A stretch of DNA of 64,000 bases from an uncultured Candidatus Saccharibacteria bacterium (GCA_964459225.1 CAYWKB010000001.1:354777-418776); one strand, 5' to 3'; positions 8,652 through 18,323 are shown, counted from the stretch's first letter. Notes: a model not told the origin generated them from the sequence alone. A program made the numbers and translations.

Positions 8652-8745
8652 TACAACTGTTGAAAACCTATTTTGTACTAGACATCTAGTCAAGGTACAA
8701 TATTAATGTGTTTTTAATTAATAAATACTAAGTGAAATAACAGAT

Positions 8746-9063
8746 ATGAATAATAATGATCAGCAATTTTTAGATTTTGTTGTAAAAGCATTGGTTGATA
8801 ATCCAAACGATGTCAAAATAACAAGAACAGTAGATGAAATGGGGGTACTTATGACACTTGAGGTAAATGGTGCAGATATGGGTAAGGTTATAGGACGTTC
8901 TGGAAACACAGCAAAAGCAATACGAACACTTTTGAGAGTTGTAGGTATGAAAAATAATTCAAGAGTAAATTTAAAGATAAATGAACCAGAGGGAAGTACA
9001 AGAGTTGTAGGAGATAAGGCAACAAAGACAGTAGATGAGGCAATGGCAGATTTAAATATCTAG
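8746..9063 (+). CDS. khpA: KH-domain RNA-binding protein (KhpA/YlqC family)
   Basis: GxxG KH loop (VIGRSGNTAKAIRTLL). ~100 aa. Canonical position between rpsP and trmD. Confidence 0.8.
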   Translation: MNNNDQQFLDFVVKALVDNPNDVKITRTVDEMGVLMTLEVNGADMGKVIGRSGNTAKAIRTLLRVVGMKNNSRVNLKINEPEGSTRVVGDKATKTVDEAMADLNI

Positions 9064-9091
9064 TTTATATAGATATAGCCAAGATTAAAAA

Positions 9092-9121
9092 AGTGTGGTA
9101 GAGTGTAACCACGCTTTTTTA
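9092..9121 (+). terminator. Rho-independent terminator between khpA and trmD
   Basis: AGTGTGGT / ACCACGCT 8-bp stem (one G-U pair) followed by TTTTTT. Confidence 0.5.
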
Positions 9122-9132
9122 ATTATACATTT

Positions 9133-9789
9133 ATGACATTTCACATAATTTCACTATTCCCACAATCCCTAGACTCATATCTAAATGAGTCTATTTTAAA
9201 GCGTGCAATAGATGATAAAAAGATTAGTATTAAATTTTATAATCCTCGTGATTTTACTAATGGAAATAGTTATGCAGATAGAAGAGTTGATGATAAGCCT
9301 TATGGTGGTGGTCCTGGCATGGTTATAGAAGCATTGCCAATAATAAAAGCAATTGAAAAGGCAATTGGAAAAAAGAATTCAAAGAAGAGATTTAAAATAG
9401 TATGGTTTACACCTTCTGGAAAACAATTTGATACAACAATAGCAAAAGAATATGCCAAAAAATATACTGACATTGTATTTATCTGCGGTCGCTATGAAGG
9501 AATAGACGCAAGAGTTAAAAAAGTATTTAAAGTGGAAGAAATTTCAGTTGGGCCATTTGTACTCACTGGTGGTGAATTGCCAGCTATGCTTTTAATTGAC
9601 TCAATTGGCAGACAAATAAAGGGTGTTTTGGGTGATATTAATTCATTAGAAGAAAATAGAATATCATCACCAGATGTTTATACTCGTCCAGAAGTAGTAC
9701 AATATAAGAATAAAAAATATAAAGTGCCAAAAGTACTTTTATCAGGTAATCATAAATTAATCGATGAATGGAGAAATAAAAATAAATAA
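9133..9789 (+). CDS. trmD: tRNA (guanine37-N1)-methyltransferase
   Basis: HIISLFPQ start, PYGGGPGMV and the SPOUT knot region. 218 aa. Confidence 0.9.
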   Translation: MTFHIISLFPQSLDSYLNESILKRAIDDKKISIKFYNPRDFTNGNSYADRRVDDKPYGGGPGMVIEALPIIKAIEKAIGKKNSKKRFKIVWFTPSGKQFDTTIAKEYAKKYTDIVFICGRYEGIDARVKKVFKVEEISVGPFVLTGGELPAMLLIDSIGRQIKGVLGDINSLEENRISSPDVYTRPEVVQYKNKKYKVPKVLLSGNHKLIDEWRNKNK

Positions 9790-10708
9790 TCTTTTTTATC
9801 TTTCAATTATCTTAATTTTGATTGGTGTATTTTTTAATTTCTATAAACCAAATCAAGATTATAACTATGTAAGGCCAGATAGTAATATAGTTGATGAAGT
9901 AAATGTGCTTATATTTGGTGATATGATGCTTGATAGGAATGTAAGAAATATCATTAATAAAAAAGGTTTTGATAGATTTTTTGCTGGTGTATCTGAGATA
10001 GTAAAAGGAGCAGATATTGCAGTTGCAAATCTTGAAGGTCCCTTTACTGATTATCCATCTATTACTGCAAGTCTTACAAATAAAGCATTGCAATTTACCT
10101 TTGATCCAAAACTAGCATATAAATTATCTGAATTCGGTTTTGATATTTTAGGTTTAGCAAATAATCATACATTAAACTTTGGTAGTGATGGTCTAGGGCA
10201 AACAAAAAAGTATATAGGTAATGCTGGGATGATATATTATGGTGATCCTTTAAATAAAGATGAAATAAGTACAATTGTAAATAAAAATGGCATTAAAATT
10301 GCTTTTATTGGTTTTCATGAATTTAACTATATAAATTACAATAATGTATTTAATGAAATTGAGCGTTTGAAAAATGATGTAGATATAATTATTGTCACAC
10401 CACATTGGGGAATAGAATACGAAAAAGTTCCAACAGATAAAATGAGAGAATGGGCACGTTTATTTATTGATTCCGGTGCAAATATTGTTGTGGGAGCGCA
10501 TCCACATGTGATTGGAATATCAGAAAAATATAATAATGGAACTATATATTATTCTCTTGGAAACTTTGTATTCGATCAATATTTTAGTGAAGACACTATG
10601 AATGGATTGGCTTTAAAAATAAAAATACTTAAAAATAATAAAAAAATTAACTATTCAATAATTGAAATTCCGATACGTATAGATCGAGATGGGGTTAGGG
10701 TTAAATAA
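9764..10708 (+). CDS. CapA/PgsA-family metallophosphoesterase (poly-gamma-glutamate capsule synthesis-like), N-terminal membrane anchor
   Basis: LANNHTLNFG, GAHPHVIG and SLGNFVFDQ motifs of the CapA (PGA_cap) family. The start overlaps the trmD end. Confidence 0.75.
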   Translation: MNGEIKINNLFYLSIILILIGVFFNFYKPNQDYNYVRPDSNIVDEVNVLIFGDMMLDRNVRNIINKKGFDRFFAGVSEIVKGADIAVANLEGPFTDYPSITASLTNKALQFTFDPKLAYKLSEFGFDILGLANNHTLNFGSDGLGQTKKYIGNAGMIYYGDPLNKDEISTIVNKNGIKIAFIGFHEFNYINYNNVFNEIERLKNDVDIIIVTPHWGIEYEKVPTDKMREWARLFIDSGANIVVGAHPHVIGISEKYNNGTIYYSLGNFVFDQYFSEDTMNGLALKIKILKNNKKINYSIIEIPIRIDRDGVRVK

Positions 10709-10765
10709 TAGATAGAAAAAGAGTATTTTGGTATAATCAAAGTATTAAAAGTTATTATAAATAAT

Positions 10766-11182
10766 ATGGATATAAATTATTGGGCAGTTATAGTTTGTGG
10801 GATTATTTCAATTGTACTTGGAACAGTGTGGTACGGGCCTATTTTTGGTAAAAAATGGATGCAAATAATGGGTGCAGAAAATTGTACTGAAGAAGAAATG
10901 AAAGAAAAAAGAAAGGGAATGGGAATATTATATTTAGTGCAGCTTTTACTGACCATTTTATACGCATATGTTTTGGCTAGATTTATTAATATGAATGCAG
11001 GCATTCCCGCTATACAGATTTCACTTTGGTTATGGCTTGGTTTTGCATTTACAATAAACGCGGGTGCTGGACTTTGGAATAATGAAAGCAAAAGTAATGC
11101 ATGGTGGAGATTTGGTATTACAACAGGGTATCAACTTTTGATTGCAATAATTTTCCCTTATATATTAGGAATGTGGAAATAG
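10766..11182 (+). CDS. Small integral membrane protein, DUF1761-like
   Basis: 138 aa with 4 predicted TM segments. N-terminal W..G..WYGPIFGKKW resembles the DUF1761 family. Confidence 0.45.
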   Translation: MDINYWAVIVCGIISIVLGTVWYGPIFGKKWMQIMGAENCTEEEMKEKRKGMGILYLVQLLLTILYAYVLARFINMNAGIPAIQISLWLWLGFAFTINAGAGLWNNESKSNAWWRFGITTGYQLLIAIIFPYILGMWK

Positions 11183-11218
11183 ATTTTAATTTTATAGGTA
11201 TTGTGTTATAGTAGTCAC

Positions 11219-11341
11219 ATGTCAAGAAGAACAAATGTACCAAAAAAGACCTCAAGGTCAAAGAAAACAGCAAAAAGACTTGCAATAAAAAGAGCAAGAC
11301 TTGCGCTAAGTAAGGGAAAGAGAAATAGTAAAAATAAATAA
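11219..11341 (+). CDS. Very small basic ORF (40 aa, MSRRTNVPKKTSRSKKTAKRLAIKRARLALSKGKRNSKNK), ribosomal-protein-like composition
   Basis: Not in the ORF track (<60 aa). A stem-loop plus T-run follows at ~11356-11390. No strong RBS. Confidence 0.25.
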   Translation: MSRRTNVPKKTSRSKKTAKRLAIKRARLALSKGKRNSKNK

Positions 11342-11355
11342 TTTAATAAAAACAA

Positions 11356-11390
11356 AAAGGTGGTTAAAAACCACTTTTCTGTTTTTTATT
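11356..11390 (+). terminator. Terminator candidate after the small basic ORF
   Basis: AGGTGG / CCACTT stem with a TTAAAAA loop, followed by TTTTCTGTTTTTT. Confidence 0.4.
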
Positions 11391-11417
11391 TAAATATGTG
11401 ATAGTATATTCTCCTAT

Positions 11418-12896
11418 ATGTCAAAAAGCGATATAGTACTAGGTTTCGACGAGGTTTCATTTGGTTTCGGATACAATAAACCCATATTAGATGAGGTTTC
11501 ATTTTCCGTACGTAGAGGTATGAAGGTTACACTAATGGGACAAAATGGAGCTGGTAAAAGTACTATTTTCGGTTTAATAACAGGTTCTACTAAACCTGAA
11601 TCAGGCAAAATAAATATTTTAAATGGTGTAAGTATTGCTATTGCTAAACAAGTTATAGCTCGCGATCAACTTGATCTTACTATGACTGAATTTTTCTTAA
11701 AATGTTTTGATGAAAGTAAGCATGGGAAAATATATGATATTGATAAAAGAATAGAAGAGGTGCTTGAAATAGTAAATTTTCATGCGCCACATGATAGGAT
11801 TATCAGATCATTTTCAGGAGGGCAGCAAGCTAGATTATTATTGGCTTCTGCTATTATACAAGACCCAGAAATATTGTTACTTGATGAGCCTACAAACAAT
11901 CTTGATAAAACAGGAATTGAGCATTTAACTAATTTTATTAAAAATAGTAATAAAACTGTTTTAGTTATTTCACATGATGCTGAATTTCTAAACTCATTTA
12001 CCGATGGAGTTTTGTATTTAGATGTTTATACAAAAAAGATTGAACAATATTCTGGAAACTATTTTGATGTGGTAAAGCAGATAAGCGCAAGAATTGAAAA
12101 GGAGAATATGAAAAATGCACAGCTTGCAAAAGAAATTCAGGAGAATAAAGATAAGGCGAATTTCTTTTCTAATAAGGGAGGACAAATGAGATTGGTAGCA
12201 AAGAGAATGAGAGAAAAAGCAGAAGAATTAGAAGATGAAATTGTGGATGTTAGAAAGGAGGATAAGACAATTAGACCATTTACCATACCGCATCAGGATG
12301 ATTTGATTGGTGAAGTAATTAGAATTAAGTCATACAAAGTTATCAAAAACCATAAACCGACAGTAAGGAAAACTGATATTTCATTAAATAAAAATAATCA
12401 TTTATTACTCAAAGGTCCAAATGGAATTGGTAAAAGTACATTATTGCAGACTATAGCAGAAGCAATAGGAAAGGATAATGAAAAAAGTGGGGTAGTCATT
12501 GCGCCAGATGTTCGTGTTGGATATTATAGACAGGATTTTTCGACATTAAACTTTGATCATACAGTAAGGGAATCATTACTTGAAGTTACAGAAAAGAAAA
12601 ATGAAGAAGAGATGAGATCAGTAGCAGCTGGATTCCTGATCACTAGTGATATTATAAATACAAAAATAGGTAGTTTATCAGAAGGACAAAAAGGTCTAGT
12701 TGCATTTGCAAGACTTGTACTTGAAAGACCAGGACTGCTTATACTTGATGAGCCTACAAATCATATAAATTTCCGCCATATACCTTTGATTGCTGAGGCA
12801 TTAAATAGTTATAAAGGTGCAATGATTTTTGTATCCCATGTACCAGAATTTGTGGATAAAATAAGAGTTGATCAGATATTGGATTTGGAGAAGTAA
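11418..12896 (+). CDS. ABC-F family ATPase (two ABC domains plus inter-domain linker; translation/ribosome-associated)
   Basis: Two Walker A motifs (GQNGAGKST, GPNGIGKST) and two signatures (LSGGQQARL, LSEGQKGLV). A charged ~80-aa linker and no transmembrane domain. Confidence 0.85.
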   Translation: MSKSDIVLGFDEVSFGFGYNKPILDEVSFSVRRGMKVTLMGQNGAGKSTIFGLITGSTKPESGKINILNGVSIAIAKQVIARDQLDLTMTEFFLKCFDESKHGKIYDIDKRIEEVLEIVNFHAPHDRIIRSFSGGQQARLLLASAIIQDPEILLLDEPTNNLDKTGIEHLTNFIKNSNKTVLVISHDAEFLNSFTDGVLYLDVYTKKIEQYSGNYFDVVKQISARIEKENMKNAQLAKEIQENKDKANFFSNKGGQMRLVAKRMREKAEELEDEIVDVRKEDKTIRPFTIPHQDDLIGEVIRIKSYKVIKNHKPTVRKTDISLNKNNHLLLKGPNGIGKSTLLQTIAEAIGKDNEKSGVVIAPDVRVGYYRQDFSTLNFDHTVRESLLEVTEKKNEEEMRSVAAGFLITSDIINTKIGSLSEGQKGLVAFARLVLERPGLLILDEPTNHINFRHIPLIAEALNSYKGAMIFVSHVPEFVDKIRVDQILDLEK

Positions 12897-12897
12897 A

Positions 12898-12930
12898 ACA
12901 AAAAACCGGCGTGGGCCGGTTTTTTGTTTC
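12898..12930. terminator. Strong bidirectional rho-independent terminator
   Basis: AAAAAACCGGC-GTGG-GCCGGTTTTTTG, serving the convergent ABC-F (+) and rpsA (-) genes. Confidence 0.7.
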
Positions 12931-12946
12931 TAATATACTTTATATA

Positions 12947-14137
12947 TTATTTCTTTTCTCCTTGGAATGATAATGCCATCTTTTGTTCTTTTACATCAAA
13001 TAATGTAATTTTGAATTTATATGACTTACCAAGTTCAATAGACTTTCGAAGTTTTTCTTCTGAACCGAATTCTGAAATATGCACAAGTCCTGCAATACCT
13101 TCTTCTATTGATGCAAGAGCTCCATGCTTATTAAATTTGATTACTACTCCCTCTACTTCTTGATCCTTTTTATATTTCTTTGATGCCTCTACCCATGGAT
13201 TTTCCTTTAATGCCTTTACGGATAGTGATACTTTTCCTTCCTTTATTTCAATTACCTTAACCTTTATCTTTTGTCCTACTTTAAATAGTGTTCTTGGATC
13301 TTCTACAAGTGACCAATCTATTTCTGAAATATGCACTAGTCCTTCCAATCCGTCTTCTAGTTTTACGAATACTCCGAAGTCTACAATACCTGTAACTGTT
13401 CCACTTACTGTATCGTCTACTTTGTATTTTCCTATTATCTTTTCCTTATCTTTTAATTCTGGTGTCTTTTCTGAGAATATTAGTTTACCTTCCTTTGGAA
13501 TCGCTGAAATAATAGAAACTGATATTTTTGTTCCTACCAATTTCTTTAATTCTTCTAATATCTTATCTTTGTCTCCATCTGCAACACGTGGATAGTGTTC
13601 AGTCTTAAGTTGAGATGCTGGAAGGAATCCTGAAATACCTTGCCATTGAATAATAAGTCCTCCCTTATTTGCTTCAATGATAGGAAGTTCAAGAGTTGTC
13701 TTGTTATTGATTGCAGCTTCTGCCTCTGACCAAATAAGTGCCTGACGAGCCTCCTTTAGGGAAAGTTCTATATATCCTTCCTTGTTATTTGTATCTACTA
13801 CTTTTGCAGCGATTACATCTCCTATATTTATCTTTTTGATAATATCGCGGGCAGTCAAATACTCACGTCCAAATATGATACCAGTACCAATTGGTGCAAG
13901 GTCGATATATACTGCTGACTTCTCTATATTTATAACTGGACCTTCAACCAAATCTCCTACAGCTGGAGGATTTACTGAGTCATTAACTAATCTATCCATT
14001 AATGTGTCCAACTTTGGGGCAACTACTACCTTTTCTTTTTTAACCTTTTTTGCCTTAACCTCTGTTTCTGTCTTTTCTACTTTTTCTACCTTTTCCTCAC
14101 TTTTACCTGAAATTACTTCTTTTATCTTTTTTAACAT
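12947..14137 (-). CDS. rpsA: 30S ribosomal protein S1 (four S1 domains; short form)
   Basis: Repeated S1 OB-fold domains (VGDLVEGPVINIE..., GDVIAAKVVD..., GTVTGIVDFGVFVKLEDGLEGLVHISEI..., VEGVVIKFNKHGALASI...). The track ORF extends to 14374, but the first 79 codons look like low-complexity read-through, so the likely start is the Met at 14137. Confidence 0.8.
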   Translation of the reverse strand: MLKKIKEVISGKSEEKVEKVEKTETEVKAKKVKKEKVVVAPKLDTLMDRLVNDSVNPPAVGDLVEGPVINIEKSAVYIDLAPIGTGIIFGREYLTARDIIKKINIGDVIAAKVVDTNNKEGYIELSLKEARQALIWSEAEAAINNKTTLELPIIEANKGGLIIQWQGISGFLPASQLKTEHYPRVADGDKDKILEELKKLVGTKISVSIISAIPKEGKLIFSEKTPELKDKEKIIGKYKVDDTVSGTVTGIVDFGVFVKLEDGLEGLVHISEIDWSLVEDPRTLFKVGQKIKVKVIEIKEGKVSLSVKALKENPWVEASKKYKKDQEVEGVVIKFNKHGALASIEEGIAGLVHISEFGSEEKLRKSIELGKSYKFKITLFDVKEQKMALSFQGEKK

Positions 14138-14341
14138 ATTTATATTGTCATGCGATCCGCTTTTTAATAATAATGATAAATTTGCGGGGTTAACACATGA
14201 AGTTACTAACGGGCATACTATATTATAAAAATACTGAATTTGCAAGGTTTTTATATTATTAACATTAATATAGATTTGTGTGTAACTTTTACAAAAATCT
14301 ATGTTAAAATATACACATAAATAAAACTGCTTTTTAAATTT

Positions 14342-16102
14342 ATGAATGAAGAAAGGATTACATATTTTGGTCAAACCGATTCAAGAAATAAAAGGGTGAG
14401 TTTTGGTATTAAGGCCAAGGATCGTACTAAACATGTTTATGTAATCGGAAAGACAGGAATGGGAAAGTCTACCTTGCTTGAAAACATGGCTGTTCAGGAT
14501 ATTAAAAATGGTGAAGGTCTCGCTTTTATTGATCCCCACGGCAAGACTGCAGAGTTGCTACTTGAATACGTTCCTGAACATAGAATGAAGGATGTTGTTT
14601 ACTTTGCTCCATTCGATGTTGATTATCCTATTTCATTTAATGTTTTAGAAAGTGTTGATCCAGACAAAAGACATCTAGTTGTTTCTGGTCTAATGAGTAC
14701 TTTCAAAAAGATTTGGCAAGATGCATGGTCTGCACGTATGGAATATATTCTAACAAATACCTTGCTTGCTTTGCTTGAATATCCTGATGCAACACTTCTT
14801 GGAGTAAATCGTATGTTGTCTGATAAGGAATTTAGAAATAAGGTTGTTGCATGTGTTACAGACTCTGCTGTAAAGGCATTTTGGACACAAGAATTTGCAA
14901 ATTATACCGAAAGAATGGCGGCTGAAGCAGTTCCCGCAATTCAAAACAAAATCGGTCAATTTACCGCTAATGCACTTATTCGAAATATGATAGGTCAGCC
15001 AAAATCATCATTTGATATTAGAAAAATGATGGATGAGGGTAAGATTTTCATAATTAACCTTTCAAAAGGAAGAATAGGCGAGTCAAATGCAAATCTTTTG
15101 GGTGGAATGCTTATTACAAAAATATATTTGGCTGCACTTTCACGCGCAGATATTCCTGATAGGGTTTTAAAGAAATTACCGAATTTTTATCTCTTTGTGG
15201 ACGAGTTCCAGTCTTTTGCAAATGAAAGTTTTGCGGATATTTTGTCTGAGGCTAGAAAATACAAATTAAATCTAACAATTGCACATCAATATATTGAGCA
15301 AATGGAAGATGAGGTTAGAGCAGCTGTTTTTGGTAACGTTGGTACCATGATTGTCTTTCGCGTTGGTGCATATGATGCAGAAATATTAGAAAAAGAATTC
15401 GCACCTCAATTTACCGCAGAGGACATTGTTAATCTTGGAATTTATCAAATATATTTAAAATTAATGATTGATGGTATTAGTTCTGCACCTTTTTCTGCTA
15501 CTACCTTGCCTCCAATAGATAAACCAGAAAGTTCAAGTATGGAAAAGGTTATACAGTCATCACGTGAACAATTTGCAAATAAACGTTCCGATGTTGAAAA
15601 AGCAATCGATGATTGGATGGTGCCTATTAAGCCGACTCCAAAAGCTATGGCCCCAAAATCAAATAATATAATTCAATCAAATCAGATACCTTCAAATCCA
15701 ATACCTAAACCTAATCCAATTTCACCCACACCTACACCTACACCCACTCCAGCTCCAACACCTGCGCCTGTATCTATACCTGTGCAAAAACCAGTTATCC
15801 CTACTCCAATGCCAATTCAAAAAGTTGAGCAACCTTTTAAAAAAGCTTTTTCAGAAATTAAAATTGAAGAGAAGAAGCCCGAAAGTGTAAAACCAATATC
15901 ATTAAATTCATTAGTCAAAAATAAAAAAGAAGCAGACCCTAGAAAGATAGATGATTTAAAGAGTGCATTAGCATCAGTTCTTGCAAATAAAAAAGTTGAA
16001 GAAAAACCAAAGACAAAGGAAGAAAAAAATAATACCGAAAAAAAGACAATTCCAAATGAAATTCCAGAGGATGTACTAAAAAACGTACTTAAGGTAGAGT
16101 AA
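14342..16102 (+). CDS. VirD4/TraD/TraG-like (type IV coupling protein / DUF87-type) P-loop ATPase with a low-complexity Pro/Thr/Lys-rich C-terminal tail
   Basis: Walker A VIGKTGMGKSTL, Walker B YLFVDEFQSF, and ARKYKLNLTIAHQY, typical of TrwB/TraD-type NTPases. Residues ~430-586 are PT- and K/E-rich. Confidence 0.55.
   Translation: MNEERITYFGQTDSRNKRVSFGIKAKDRTKHVYVIGKTGMGKSTLLENMAVQDIKNGEGLAFIDPHGKTAELLLEYVPEHRMKDVVYFAPFDVDYPISFNVLESVDPDKRHLVVSGLMSTFKKIWQDAWSARMEYILTNTLLALLEYPDATLLGVNRMLSDKEFRNKVVACVTDSAVKAFWTQEFANYTERMAAEAVPAIQNKIGQFTANALIRNMIGQPKSSFDIRKMMDEGKIFIINLSKGRIGESNANLLGGMLITKIYLAALSRADIPDRVLKKLPNFYLFVDEFQSFANESFADILSEARKYKLNLTIAHQYIEQMEDEVRAAVFGNVGTMIVFRVGAYDAEILEKEFAPQFTAEDIVNLGIYQIYLKLMIDGISSAPFSATTLPPIDKPESSSMEKVIQSSREQFANKRSDVEKAIDDWMVPIKPTPKAMAPKSNNIIQSNQIPSNPIPKPNPISPTPTPTPTPAPTPAPVSIPVQKPVIPTPMPIQKVEQPFKKAFSEIKIEEKKPESVKPISLNSLVKNKKEADPRKIDDLKSALASVLANKKVEEKPKTKEEKNNTEKKTIPNEIPEDVLKNVLKVE
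15724..15770 (+). repeat. Short CCnACn microsatellite-like repeat encoding (PT)n/(PA)n
   Basis: CACACCTACACCTACACCCACTCCAGCTCCAACACCTGCGCCT, locally GC-rich. Confidence 0.5.
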
Positions 16103-16106
16103 ATAT

Positions 16107-17252
16107 ATGAATGAGACAGAAATGACTAAAAAACCCCTTAAAATAATGATTTTATCATTAGCTTATTATCCTAACTATATAGGTGGGGCAGAGGTAGCTA
16201 TAAAAGAAATAACAGATAGGGTATCTGATATTGAATTTCATATGATTACTTTAGGTGAATCGAGACAAATTGGAAATATAAAAATATTTGGTATTTTAGG
16301 GAAACTTAATTTCATTAACAAAATACTCTATCCTTTTATTTCATTTATTAAATTATCTTTATTAAATAAAAAAAATAATTATGATTTGATATGGCCAATG
16401 ATGGCAAGTTATGCAGGCTTTTCAGCTATGTTATTTAAAGCTTTTAATAAAAATAGTAAAGTACTATTAACAATACAAGAAGGTGAAAATTTTGAGAGAA
16501 GAAAAGGAATATTTTATCCATTTTTCAGGGAGATTTTTGAAAGTGCAGATTATATACAAGTTATTTCTAATTTCCTCAAAACTTGGTCAATTGAAATGGG
16601 CGCCTCATGTCCTATCGAGGTAATTCCAAATGGTGTTGATATTAAATATTTTTCAAATAAGATTTCTGATACAGAATTAAATGATTTAAAGTTTAAATTA
16701 AATAAAAGAGATGAAGATGTGTTTTTAATTACTACAAGTAGATTAGTAAATAAAAATGCTGTGGAAGATATTATTTCATCATTACAATTTTTACCATCAA
16801 ATATTAAATTATTAATATTGGGAGATGGAGAACTTAAAAACAAATTAATTGATCAGGTCAGTAAAATGAAATTAAATAATAGAGTTTCATTTTTGGGACA
16901 TATAGATAGAAAGGAATTACCAAAATACTTGCAGATTAGTGATATTTTTGTTCGTCCATCTATAAGTGAGGGTTTTGGTATTTCATATATTGAGGCAATG
17001 GCTTGTAATATTCCAGTAATAGCAACTCAAGTTGGTGGTATTGTTGATTTTATAAAAGATAGAGAAACAGGAATATTTTGTCAGGTTAATAATCCAAAAG
17101 ATATAAGTGATAAAGTAAAAGAGTTAGTTGAGAATACTCAATTAAAAAACACTATTATCGAGAACGCTTTTAATCTAGTAAAAAATAAATATGATTGGTC
17201 AAAAGTATCAAATGATATGAAAGATTTATTTATAAAGGTGTCAAGTAAATAG
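16107..17252 (+). CDS. Glycosyltransferase family 4 (GT-B, retaining)
   Basis: C-terminal E-x7-E motif region EGFGISYIEAMACNIPVIATQVGG. Confidence 0.8.
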   Translation: MNETEMTKKPLKIMILSLAYYPNYIGGAEVAIKEITDRVSDIEFHMITLGESRQIGNIKIFGILGKLNFINKILYPFISFIKLSLLNKKNNYDLIWPMMASYAGFSAMLFKAFNKNSKVLLTIQEGENFERRKGIFYPFFREIFESADYIQVISNFLKTWSIEMGASCPIEVIPNGVDIKYFSNKISDTELNDLKFKLNKRDEDVFLITTSRLVNKNAVEDIISSLQFLPSNIKLLILGDGELKNKLIDQVSKMKLNNRVSFLGHIDRKELPKYLQISDIFVRPSISEGFGISYIEAMACNIPVIATQVGGIVDFIKDRETGIFCQVNNPKDISDKVKELVENTQLKNTIIENAFNLVKNKYDWSKVSNDMKDLFIKVSSK

Positions 17253-17302
17253 ATCAATAACTAAAGATTACAAAAGAGTTAAAATATGCTAATATTTTAC
17301 CT

Positions 17303-18322
17303 ATGAAAATACTGATTTCAACTGGTATATACCCACCTGATATTGGTGGTCCCGCACAGTATGCAAGAAATTTGTATGAAACCTGGAAAGGTGAGGGTCA
17401 TGATGTAAAAGTAGCCGCATATAGATGGGAAAGGGCTTTTCCTACATTTTTAAGGCATTTTTTATTTTTTACTAAAATAATTAGAAAAGGATGGAATGCT
17501 GATTTGATATTAGTACTTGATACATGGAGTGCGGCAGTACCTACAATGTATGCATGTAAATTAATGAGAAAAAAATACATAATACGTACTGGTGGTGATT
17601 TCCTATGGGAAAGTTATACCGAAAGAACAGGCGAATTGGTTTTGTTTAAAGATTTTTATTCTACTGCATTAAATAAATTATCAAAAAAAGAAAAGATAGT
17701 TTATAAATTTGGTGGTGAAGCACTTAGAAATGCTTCACTTATAATATTTAGTACTGAGTGGCAAAAAAATATTTTTGAAAAAGCATATAGATTAAATAAA
17801 AATAAAAATTACATAGTTGAAAATCATTGCGGTGAAAGGGAAGAACAAATAGAGCCAGAAAATAGGGTTTTTGTTGCTGGGACAAGAGACTTAGTCTGGA
17901 AAAATCTAAATACACTTAAGAGTGCATTTAAAATAGCACAAGGAAGAGTAATAGAAAAAGGATTTGAATCAATAGAATTCGATACAACTAAAGCGGTATA
18001 TGACAATTTCCTTGAAAGAATGCGAAGATCTTATGCTGTGATACTTACTTCAATTGGTGATATAAGTCCAAATATGATATTTGATGCAATTAAAGTTGGA
18101 ACACCATTTATCTTAACAAAAGAAAATGGAATAACCGAAAGAGTTAAAGATTGTGCAATATTTGTCGATCCAATGAATGAAAAAGATATCTCAGATAAAA
18201 TAACATGGTTATCTGATCCAAATAATCGCAAAATTCAAGCCGATAAAATTAAAAAATTTACATGGGTTCATACATGGAAAGATATAGCAAAAGAAATTAT
18301 TACATTGTATAAAAAGATATAA
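17303..18322 (+). CDS. Glycosyltransferase, GT4-like (divergent)
   Basis: N-terminal ILISTGIYPPDIGGPAQYARNL is GT4 N-domain-like. The C-terminal domain is weakly conserved. Confidence 0.5.
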   Translation: MKILISTGIYPPDIGGPAQYARNLYETWKGEGHDVKVAAYRWERAFPTFLRHFLFFTKIIRKGWNADLILVLDTWSAAVPTMYACKLMRKKYIIRTGGDFLWESYTERTGELVLFKDFYSTALNKLSKKEKIVYKFGGEALRNASLIIFSTEWQKNIFEKAYRLNKNKNYIVENHCGEREEQIEPENRVFVAGTRDLVWKNLNTLKSAFKIAQGRVIEKGFESIEFDTTKAVYDNFLERMRRSYAVILTSIGDISPNMIFDAIKVGTPFILTKENGITERVKDCAIFVDPMNEKDISDKITWLSDPNNRKIQADKIKKFTWVHTWKDIAKEIITLYKKI

Positions 18323-18323
18323 T

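Noticed and set aside
14138-14374. 79-codon N-terminal extension of the rpsA ORF in the six-frame track
   Set aside because: The translation is low-complexity (FFIHKFKKQFYLCVYFNIDFC...) and overlaps the divergent promoter region. S1 homology begins at the internal Met at 14137.
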